Positions 56,598-64,000 of a stretch of DNA of 64,000 bases are shown piece by piece. The DNA is from Candidatus Aenigmatarchaeota archaeon (GTDB lineage Archaea > Aenigmatarchaeota > Aenigmatarchaeia > GW2011-AR5). The DNA is taken from positions 1 to 64,000 of the forward strand of contig JACQID010000007.1 of the NCBI GenBank assembly GCA_016198685.1. Direction: 5' to 3'. Under the pieces are notes generated by a model. It had not been told where the DNA came from. It was given only the letters and a program-made list of their open reading frames with translations, and searched no databases. The position numbers and the translations under genes were made by a program. Within the stretch, counting starts at the first letter, position 1. Each line of letters begins with the position of its first letter.

Positions 56598-57722
56598 ATG
56601 GTAGAGTTTGACGAGTTCGGCCCGGAGAAGATTCTGGAAGTCTATGATCCCAAGACCGGCATGCGGGGGTTCACTGTAATTGACAATACCGCTCTTGGCC
56701 CTGCAAAAGGAGGGATACGAATGACCCCTTCCGTTTCTATTCACGAGGTGGCCAAGCTTGCGAGGACCATGACGTGGAAATGCGCCATGGCAGAATTGCC
56801 TTTTGGCGGCGGGAAGTCAGGCATAATAGCAGATGACAGAAAGATAGACCGCGACAAAAAGATGGAAATAATACGTGCTTTTGCAAAGGCAATAAAAGTT
56901 GTCTGCCCCTCGCAATATGTAGCTGCGCCTGACATGAACACAGGCGAGGCTGAAATGGCGGAATTTGCATTGGCAAATGGCAGAATGAATTCGACTACAG
57001 GAAAGCCGGCTACCATGTGCGTGCGTCCAGGTGTCAAATGCGGGATACCCCACGAATACGGCTCAACAGGTTATGGCGTATTCCATGCTACAAAAGTCGC
57101 AGCAGAACATCTGAAGATAAGCCTCAAAGGCATGACAGTTTCAATAGAAGGATTTGGCAATGTAGGAACGTTTGCCATGAAATATCTTACAGAAAGCGGC
57201 GCGAAAGTCGTGGGAATTTCCGATTCAAAAGGCACAGTCTATTTGGCTGAAGGCTTTGATTATAACAAGATGATGGATGTAAAGGCATCGCAGGGCACAG
57301 TAACGAAATATCCTGGAGCCAAGATGCTTGATACTTCGGCGGTGTTTGAACTGCCTGTTGATGCAGTGATACCGGCAGCTATACCTAATTCAATCACTGA
57401 AAAAAATATGAATAAAATTAAAGCAAAAATATTAGTTGAAGCCGCTAATATACCCATGACACCGGAAATTGAAGAAAGATTCCATGCAAAAGGTGTGATT
57501 GTTATACCCGATTTCATCGCCAATGCAGGTGGCGTAATTTCCAGCTATGCAGAATACGTCGGAAAAAACCCCGAAGAGATGCTGAAACTCGTCGAGAAAA
57601 AAATAGTCAAAAATACAAGACTTGTCCTCGAAGAGGCGAAAAAAACTAAAGTAAGCCCGAGAACCTCTGGCATGGGCATAGCTATGCGCCGTGTACGCGA
57701 AGCCATGAAAAAGAATCGTTAA
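56598..57722 (+). CDS. gdhA: Glutamate dehydrogenase
   Basis: KGGIR, MTWK, GGGKSG, APDMNTG, GFGNVG, PDFIANAGGV; family also includes Leu/Phe/Val dehydrogenases. Confidence 0.85.
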   Translation: MVEFDEFGPEKILEVYDPKTGMRGFTVIDNTALGPAKGGIRMTPSVSIHEVAKLARTMTWKCAMAELPFGGGKSGIIADDRKIDRDKKMEIIRAFAKAIKVVCPSQYVAAPDMNTGEAEMAEFALANGRMNSTTGKPATMCVRPGVKCGIPHEYGSTGYGVFHATKVAAEHLKISLKGMTVSIEGFGNVGTFAMKYLTESGAKVVGISDSKGTVYLAEGFDYNKMMDVKASQGTVTKYPGAKMLDTSAVFELPVDAVIPAAIPNSITEKNMNKIKAKILVEAANIPMTPEIEERFHAKGVIVIPDFIANAGGVISSYAEYVGKNPEEMLKLVEKKIVKNTRLVLEEAKKTKVSPRTSGMGIAMRRVREAMKKNR

Positions 57723-58120
57723 CTCGTGTATTCAGGAGTGTCCTGCAATCCGGCCTTCAGCTGTTCAGGTGTGAATCTTTTCTTCCCGTTTGACTCCCAT
57801 TCTTTCAGTACGCTAAGGCATTTTTGGCCCTTGCCCATATCAATGGGATAGAAAGTCATCTTTTCTTTCGCAGGCCGGGTTATTCCCAGATGACGGGAAT
57901 TTTTCTCTTGTCCGTCTGACAGGATTCCAGCATACTGGAATAGTTCCCGATAGCAGACCGCAGTATCGCCTGTGCCTAGCATCGCCATAGTGACATAGCG
58001 TATATTATCATTGGAATGATCTCCACGATAATTTTTGCGAAGGGGAGTGCCCATGCATGTGCTTAATTTATCTTTCGTGGTTTTTGTACTGTATTGCTTT
58101 TCGTCATGATGGAAGTCCAT
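57719..58120 (-). CDS. Hypothetical protein
   Basis: 133-aa ORF convergent with gdhA. Confidence 0.45.
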   Translation of the reverse strand: MDFHHDEKQYSTKTTKDKLSTCMGTPLRKNYRGDHSNDNIRYVTMAMLGTGDTAVCYRELFQYAGILSDGQEKNSRHLGITRPAKEKMTFYPIDMGKGQKCLSVLKEWESNGKKRFTPEQLKAGLQDTPEYTS

Positions 58121-58182
58121 AGAATATAATTTGCAAGGATTTATTTATTGAAATTCATTTTTATATGCCAGTCGTCCAATAA

Positions 58183-59487
58183 TTGTTAATGACCAAGTTC
58201 ATCTGCCGCCGCCCGGGTCCGAAATCCGTTGCAATAATCCGTCGCGACGACAAGATATCTTCCCCGTCGCTTACAAGGGAATATTCTTTCGTGTACAAGA
58301 AAGCGAAGGGCATGAATATCTGGGACGTAGACGGAAGAAAATACCTCGATTTTTCTGCCTCGGTTGCTGTCATGGGTGTCGGCCACACAGATACGTCGGT
58401 TGCCAAAGCGATAACAAAACAGGCCAAAATAGGATTCCATTGCGGCTTTTCGGATTTTTATGCCGAAGTTCCAGTGCAGTTTTGTGAAACTATACTAAAA
58501 CACGCAAAAGGGTTTGACAGAATTTTTCTTTCAAATTCAGGCACAGAAAGCGTGGAAGCTGCTTACAAGCTTGCCCGATGGCACTCAAAGAAAAAGTGGA
58601 CGATAGCTTTCAAGCCTTCATTTCACGGAAGAACCATGGGCTCGTTGTCGCTGACGAATTCAAGACCCATACATAGAGACCGTTTCAGTCCGTTCATGCC
58701 GACAACGCATGTTCCTTATCCATACCTTTATAGGTCGCCTTATCATGGAAACGAGAACGAACAGGCAATGCGATATTTGGATAATGTTGAAAACGCGATG
58801 AAGAGAGACAAAGGAGATGTTGCCTCCATATTCTTCGAGCCTATATGCGGGGAAGGCGGATACATAGTGCCGCCAAAAGCCTTTGTCAGGGGCTTGCGAA
58901 AACTTTGCAATCAATACGGAGTTCTGCTCTGCGCAGATGAAGTGCAGTCAGGCTGCTACCGCACAGGCAAATTCATGGCCATGGAGAATTTCGGCGTCAG
59001 GGCCGATATAGTTTCCATGAGCAAGGCCATAGGAGGCGGCATACCGCTCGGGGCGACGCTTTCAAGCAATAAGGTAATGAACTGGCCTTCTGGCGCGCAT
59101 GCAAATACATTTGGAGGCAATCTGATAGCATGCGCTGCCGGCATTGCGACCTTGGGCCAGATGAAAAACAAGAAGCTCGGAGCCAATGCGGCAAAGATAG
59201 GAAAGATGATGCTCAAGCGGCTTCATGAAATGAAGCAAACTCATGATCTCATAGGCGATGTGCGTGGAATCGGGTTGATGATAGGTATCGAAATCGTGAA
59301 CGGGAAGGCGAATGATGAAGTTAAAAGCTCGCAGATACTCTGCAAGGCCGCTGAGAAAGGCTTGCTCCTTTTGCCCGCGGGAAAAAGCTCGATAAGGATA
59401 TGCCCGCCGTTGATTATAAATAAACAGCAGGCAGAGCATGGTTTAGATATTCTCGATGAAGCAATAGGCGAGTGCTATAAGCAATGA
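58183..59487 (+). CDS. Class III PLP aminotransferase (4-aminobutyrate/ornithine type)
   Basis: NSGTESVEAA, FHGRT, EPICGEGG, DEVQSG, SKAIGGG, TFGGN. Confidence 0.92.
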   Translation: MLMTKFICRRPGPKSVAIIRRDDKISSPSLTREYSFVYKKAKGMNIWDVDGRKYLDFSASVAVMGVGHTDTSVAKAITKQAKIGFHCGFSDFYAEVPVQFCETILKHAKGFDRIFLSNSGTESVEAAYKLARWHSKKKWTIAFKPSFHGRTMGSLSLTNSRPIHRDRFSPFMPTTHVPYPYLYRSPYHGNENEQAMRYLDNVENAMKRDKGDVASIFFEPICGEGGYIVPPKAFVRGLRKLCNQYGVLLCADEVQSGCYRTGKFMAMENFGVRADIVSMSKAIGGGIPLGATLSSNKVMNWPSGAHANTFGGNLIACAAGIATLGQMKNKKLGANAAKIGKMMLKRLHEMKQTHDLIGDVRGIGLMIGIEIVNGKANDEVKSSQILCKAAEKGLLLLPAGKSSIRICPPLIINKQQAEHGLDILDEAIGECYKQ

Positions 59488-60170
59488 AAATCGCAATATT
59501 CGGCAGGGACAAGGAAGCAATACGGCTTCACAGGAAGGAAGTTAAAGAAGCGTCTTTCATTTACGACGAAAAAAATCCTGATATAGTCGTTTCTTTAGGG
59601 GGGGACGGCACGTTCCTGATGTCCGAGCGCCTTTACCCCGGGATCCCGAAAATTCTTGTGAGAGGCCATAATATCTGCGTAAAATGCGAAGCGGGACCGC
59701 TGTCAGAAATTCTGCAAAATCTGAAGGCAGGAAAATACAGGATTGAAGAATACAGGAAACTGGAAGCGGAGTGGAGAGGAAAAAAGATTCTTGCAGTCAA
59801 TGACATAGTCATAAGGAACAAGAGGCCGATCCACGCCATTCGCTTCCTTGTCTTTGCCAACGACAAACAGGAGGGCGGAGAATTCATAGGAGATGGAGTC
59901 GTGATCTCAAGTCCCTTCGGTTCCACTGCTTACTATTATTCAATCACTAAGAGAACTTTCAAGAAAGGACTCGGCATAGCATTCAATAATCTGGCAAAAA
60001 AGACGGATCACATGATCGTGCCTGAAAATTCGGCCGTGGAAATAAAGCTCAGCCGCGGGGACGCCACTTTCTCCTGGGACAACAACGAGGAAATTGTAGC
60101 CATGAGGACGGGCGAATCCGTAAGAATCAAAATGTCCGACAAGGTTGCAAGGATTATCAGGATGAAGTGA
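59484..60170 (+). CDS. NAD kinase
   Basis: GGDGT, NDI, GDG...GSTAY. Confidence 0.85.
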   Translation: MKIAIFGRDKEAIRLHRKEVKEASFIYDEKNPDIVVSLGGDGTFLMSERLYPGIPKILVRGHNICVKCEAGPLSEILQNLKAGKYRIEEYRKLEAEWRGKKILAVNDIVIRNKRPIHAIRFLVFANDKQEGGEFIGDGVVISSPFGSTAYYYSITKRTFKKGLGIAFNNLAKKTDHMIVPENSAVEIKLSRGDATFSWDNNEEIVAMRTGESVRIKMSDKVARIIRMK

Positions 60171-60171
60171 T

Positions 60172-60774
60172 TCACTTGAAAACCATGCCCGCCTCTTCCG
60201 CCCAGAACAGAAGGTCCATGTGTTCCATGGGCATTTTCACTTTCCTGGAAAATTCACGCATCTTTTCTTCTATTTCCATGTAGCGTTTCTTGGTCATGGT
60301 CTTGGGTATTTCATTTATTGCCCCGTGCTTCAGAAGATTTTTTAGAATATGGCGATCAAGTATGGCGATGTTTTTGCCGTTGCCCACATTTCGCAGGAAG
60401 TGCGACGCTTCCTTGTAGCCGATGCCGCGGATGTTCGTGACAAGCCATTCTCTGCCTTCGGTTGGCGGCATTGCGACTACACGAGGCAAAACTTGCATGT
60501 GCTTGCGTGCTTCTACTATGTTGCGCGACTTTTGGTTATGGAATCGCACGCCTCTTACGCATGCTTTCACAGCATCTTCGGTCCCGTCAAACAGCACGCT
60601 CTGCCTCATCATTTCTTTTAATGAAGAATCGCAATTCACGGCCTTGGATTGGGGAGTAAGAAGGCAGAATGCGAGCTCTGGAAAAAGCGTTTCTGGCGTT
60701 CTGGGAATGGCAGCAAAGTCGGCAAGACGTGATATTATTTCGTTCTTTCTGCGTGAATAAGATGCAACAAACAT
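60172..60774 (-). CDS. ogg: 8-oxoguanine DNA glycosylase/lyase (archaeal Ogg type)
   Basis: ELAFCLLT, RF...K, GIGYKEASHFLRN, AILDRH. Confidence 0.9.
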   Translation of the reverse strand: MFVASYSRRKNEIISRLADFAAIPRTPETLFPELAFCLLTPQSKAVNCDSSLKEMMRQSVLFDGTEDAVKACVRGVRFHNQKSRNIVEARKHMQVLPRVVAMPPTEGREWLVTNIRGIGYKEASHFLRNVGNGKNIAILDRHILKNLLKHGAINEIPKTMTKKRYMEIEEKMREFSRKVKMPMEHMDLLFWAEEAGMVFK

Positions 60775-60837
60775 AGATTTCTTTTTTCATTCCTCTATTT
60801 ATTCCATTACTATGCTTGCATGGCAGAAAAGCTCTAT

Positions 60838-61452
60838 TTATTCCATTACTATCCTTGCATCGGCAACCTTTGCGTTCCTTGTTCCGACAATAAGCGGGTT
60901 GATGTCCATCTCGGCAATTTTATGCCTTCTGCATATTTGCGATATTTTCACTATCGCTTTCTTCAGGGCATTGATATCGGCATTAGCCGAGCCTCTAAAG
61001 CCGTATAGAAGTTTCTTCATCTTCAATTCCCCAATCATCTGTGCGGCATCTTTTTCGGTTACAGGGCATATTCTGAAGGAAACGTCTCTAATCAATTCTA
61101 CAAGTGTGCCGCCCGTTCCTATCATTATGGCATGGCCAAATGCCGGATCTTTCTTTACTCCTATGATCATTTCGACGCCTTGCAGGTATTCCTGCATGAT
61201 TATCGAATAAGGCGCGAGCTTCCTTTTCTTTGCGATAGCGACAAGCGCTTCATATGCATCCTTGGCGTCTTCGTTCCTTTTCACGACTACAACGCCGCCT
61301 ATATCGGTTTTATGAAGAGCTTTTTCCGAAACGATTTTCAGAACAAACGGAGGCTTCCAGAATCCAGCGGCTTTTTTCACCACAGTGCTTTTGGCAACAG
61401 AAACGTATTTTTTAAGGAACGTCTCGGCCTCTCTTTCAGCAAGAACTTTCAT
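60838..61452 (-). CDS. ADP-forming acetate-CoA ligase, beta (ATP-grasp) subunit
   Basis: VLKIVS...HKTDIGGV, DPAFG, EMDINPL. Confidence 0.9.
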   Translation of the reverse strand: MKVLAEREAETFLKKYVSVAKSTVVKKAAGFWKPPFVLKIVSEKALHKTDIGGVVVVKRNEDAKDAYEALVAIAKKRKLAPYSIIMQEYLQGVEMIIGVKKDPAFGHAIMIGTGGTLVELIRDVSFRICPVTEKDAAQMIGELKMKKLLYGFRGSANADINALKKAIVKISQICRRHKIAEMDINPLIVGTRNAKVADARIVME

Positions 61453-61516
61453 CCTTTTAATTGTGGACGGCCAAATAAATCTTTAAGTTTCGGTTTAGGA
61501 ATTCTATATTGGTAGC

Positions 61517-62875
61517 ATGAATTTTGACCCGTTCTTCAAGGCAAAGAGCATTGCCGTCATCGGAGCCTCGCGGGAGAGCGGAAAGGTAGGCAATGTCATA
61601 ATACGCAATCTTGTAGATGGCCGCTATGGGGGGAAGATATTCCCTATAAACCCGAAGGCAAATGAGATTTTGGGCCTAAAAACCTATGATTCAGTCGCAT
61701 CTGTGCAAGAAAAAATAGAATTAGCGGTTATTGCCGTGCCAACAGAGCTTGTTTTCAGGGTTCTTGACGAATGCAGGAAGAAAAACGTCAAGAATGTCAT
61801 TATAGTTACTGCGGGTTTCAGGGAAGTGGGCAACTCAGAAGGGGAAGAAAAACTCAAGAAAATGCTCAAGCAATACAAAATCAGGGCGATTGGTCCCAAT
61901 TGCCTTGGCACTTTCAATTCATATACGAGACTGGACACGATGTTTTTGCCGAGGTACAGGCTCACGAGGCCCGGAAAGGGCGGGATTTCATTCATCTGCC
62001 AGTCTGGTGCCGTGGGCTCGGCAATCCTGGATTTGGCGACATCGCATGGATATGGATTCGCCAAGTTCGCAAGTTATGGAAATGCCACTGACGTAGACGA
62101 GTCGGATCTCCTTGAGTACATGGGCAATGACAGGGACACGAAAGTCGTATGCATGTATATTGAGGGTGTCAAGGACGGCAAGAAATTCCTGGAAACAGCA
62201 AAGAGGGTAACAAAGAAAAAACCTGTCATAGTCATAAAAGGCGGCATTACGGCCCAGGGCTCTCACGCCATTCTATCGCATACAGGCTCTCTTGCCGGTT
62301 CTGCCGACATATATTTTGGGGCATTCAAGCAAGGCGGAATAATACGGGCAGATTCGCTATATGATATGTTCAACTATGCAAGGGTTCTTGAAACATGCGT
62401 GCGGCCAAAGGGCAGACGCGTGCAGATAATCACGAATGGCGGCGGTTATGGTGTTCTGAGCACTGACTACATAGTGGCTAACGGCCTTCAGATGGCTGAA
62501 ATGAAAGAGGCAACGCGAAAATCCTTGCGAAGCCAGTTTCCTAAAATCGTGAATATAGGAAACCCGCTCGATCTTGTCGGGGACGCTACAACCGAGAGGT
62601 ACAGGATTGCGATGGAAGCTGCACTTGGGGATGATGCCATTGATTCAATACTGCTTATAGCATTATACCAGACGCCTCGCATAACCACAGACATCGTAGA
62701 TATGATAGTTGAAATGAATGACAGAAAAAAGAAGCCCATAATTGTTGTCTCGACAGGCGGCGAGTTCACGGAGCTTCTGAGCAAGAACCTGGAAGCGAAC
62801 GGCATACCAACCTTTGAGTATCCGGAGGCAGCAGTGCGCTCAATAACCGCTTTGACGGAGTATTACGGCAAGTGA
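61517..62875 (+). CDS. ADP-forming acetate-CoA ligase, alpha subunit
   Basis: IAVIGAS, GPNCLG, QSG, SHTGSLAG, TNGGG, NPLD. Confidence 0.92.
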   Translation: MNFDPFFKAKSIAVIGASRESGKVGNVIIRNLVDGRYGGKIFPINPKANEILGLKTYDSVASVQEKIELAVIAVPTELVFRVLDECRKKNVKNVIIVTAGFREVGNSEGEEKLKKMLKQYKIRAIGPNCLGTFNSYTRLDTMFLPRYRLTRPGKGGISFICQSGAVGSAILDLATSHGYGFAKFASYGNATDVDESDLLEYMGNDRDTKVVCMYIEGVKDGKKFLETAKRVTKKKPVIVIKGGITAQGSHAILSHTGSLAGSADIYFGAFKQGGIIRADSLYDMFNYARVLETCVRPKGRRVQIITNGGGYGVLSTDYIVANGLQMAEMKEATRKSLRSQFPKIVNIGNPLDLVGDATTERYRIAMEAALGDDAIDSILLIALYQTPRITTDIVDMIVEMNDRKKKPIIVVSTGGEFTELLSKNLEANGIPTFEYPEAAVRSITALTEYYGK

Positions 62876-62915
62876 TGACATATGCGATTTTTAAGCATAA
62901 TAGATTATTAGCTTT

Positions 62916-63275
62916 ATGAAGAACGAACTTGAACTGGTTCAAAAATTCCACGAAAAATTCAAGGCGCCTGTGCTTGGGAAGCCGTCGCTGATCCCGAAGG
63001 ACCGGTCTGAACACAGGCACCGCATGATGAAGGATGAAGTGGAAGAATATGCGGAGGGCGTTGAAAAGGGAGACCTTGAAAATATTGCAAAGGAACTTGC
63101 AGACATACTTTACGTAGTATATGGAACGATTCTGGAGCATGGCTTGCAGGACAAGATGGAAGCTGTGTTTGAGGAAGTCCACAAGTCCAACATGAGCAAG
63201 GACTACCATCAATACAAGATGGTCAAAGGGCCGAAATATGTCAAGGCCGATGTGGGGAAGATATTGAAAGAATAG
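62916..63275 (+). CDS. MazG-like all-alpha NTP pyrophosphohydrolase
   Basis: DEVEE...KELADILYV, EVHKSNMSK. Confidence 0.82.
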   Translation: MKNELELVQKFHEKFKAPVLGKPSLIPKDRSEHRHRMMKDEVEEYAEGVEKGDLENIAKELADILYVVYGTILEHGLQDKMEAVFEEVHKSNMSKDYHQYKMVKGPKYVKADVGKILKE

Positions 63276-63358
63276 AAAATCGGGTGTCGTTTGTTTAAGC
63301 ATCGTGTATGGTTTTGTTTTTAATAGCATTTTTATAGATGTGCAAGGAAATAAAAATC

Positions 63359-63622
63359 ATGGGAGATCTCATTGAATTCTATGGAACGGAATGCCACTTC
63401 TGCGTGCAGATGGCGCCGCTGGTCGAGCGTCTTGAAAAAGAGGAAGGCGTTAAGCTCGATAAGGTCGAAGTCTGGCACAACCAGGCAAATGCGCGCATGT
63501 TCATGGAAATAGACAAGGGAAGATGCGGAGGAGTCCCCTTTTTCTACAACAAGAAGACCGGCAAGTTCATCTGCGGCGCAACAGATTACGATAATTTCAA
63601 GAAATGGGCGTTAGGGAAGTAA
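63359..63622 (+). CDS. Thioredoxin-like protein
   Basis: CHFC, EVWHN, CGGVPFF. Confidence 0.85.
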   Translation: MGDLIEFYGTECHFCVQMAPLVERLEKEEGVKLDKVEVWHNQANARMFMEIDKGRCGGVPFFYNKKTGKFICGATDYDNFKKWALGK

Positions 63623-63657
63623 ACGGGTTTTAATAATCTGGTTGTTAAAATGAATGG

Positions 63658-63984
63658 ATGGCAGACGATTATACGCCTTTACTTCCGGGCATGAGAAATG
63701 CAGGAAATCCTCCGAATATAGGAGATATGGTAGCGTACTTTCCTTCTGGTTCCGCAAATCCTGTTTATGGCGTGGTGATAGAGCCAAGAAATGGCGGTGG
63801 AGTCTATTCTGTGCTAATGTATAACGAAGAGATCTTTGTTTTGAACGCGGATGCGTTGCATGTGATAGATCCGGACAAAGAGGCGGCTTATTTGGAATGC
63901 TCAACAAATATCCAAATAGAAGCGATACGGTCAAGAACCGCGAAGATGATAGATTTTCTTGCCAAGGGACGGAAAAAACTTTAA
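63658..63984 (+). CDS. Hypothetical protein, possibly an SH3/Tudor-like beta-barrel
   Basis: IGDMVAY...YGVVIE...YSVLM pattern. Confidence 0.5.
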   Translation: MADDYTPLLPGMRNAGNPPNIGDMVAYFPSGSANPVYGVVIEPRNGGGVYSVLMYNEEIFVLNADALHVIDPDKEAAYLECSTNIQIEAIRSRTAKMIDFLAKGRKKL

Positions 63985-64000
63985 GTCTGTCCGGCTGGAA

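Overview
Archaeal chromosomal window, most consistent with a DPANN-type lineage such as Aenigmarchaeota. That assignment is an inference from Hel308, class I LysRS, non-discriminating AspRS plus GatCAB, eIF5A, split acetate-CoA ligase, class III signal-peptide pilins and BHB-intron tRNAs. Housekeeping and metabolic genes are interleaved with lineage-specific ORFans. All five tRNA genes found carry introns: Pro, initiator Met with three, Arg with two, Glu in the D-loop, and Leu. Most notable observations: (1) a tRNA-Leu gene with an internal 31-nt duplication carrying a second anticodon, so one locus could be spliced to either Leu(UAG) or Leu(CAG), overlapped by a Trm9-like methyltransferase; (2) a casposon-like remnant (truncated Cas1 casposase coupled to a HEPN-motif gene) directly after tRNA-Pro; (3) a polymorphic toxin/immunity-like array with a recombined fragment of a second toxin allele; (4) an AT-rich wHTH-KaiC-V4R-UbiA-geranylgeranyl reductase module; (5) a GGAC-loop hairpin array in the ftsZ leader. 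No CRISPR array or rRNA was seen. All protein calls are motif recognition by eye, without database searches.
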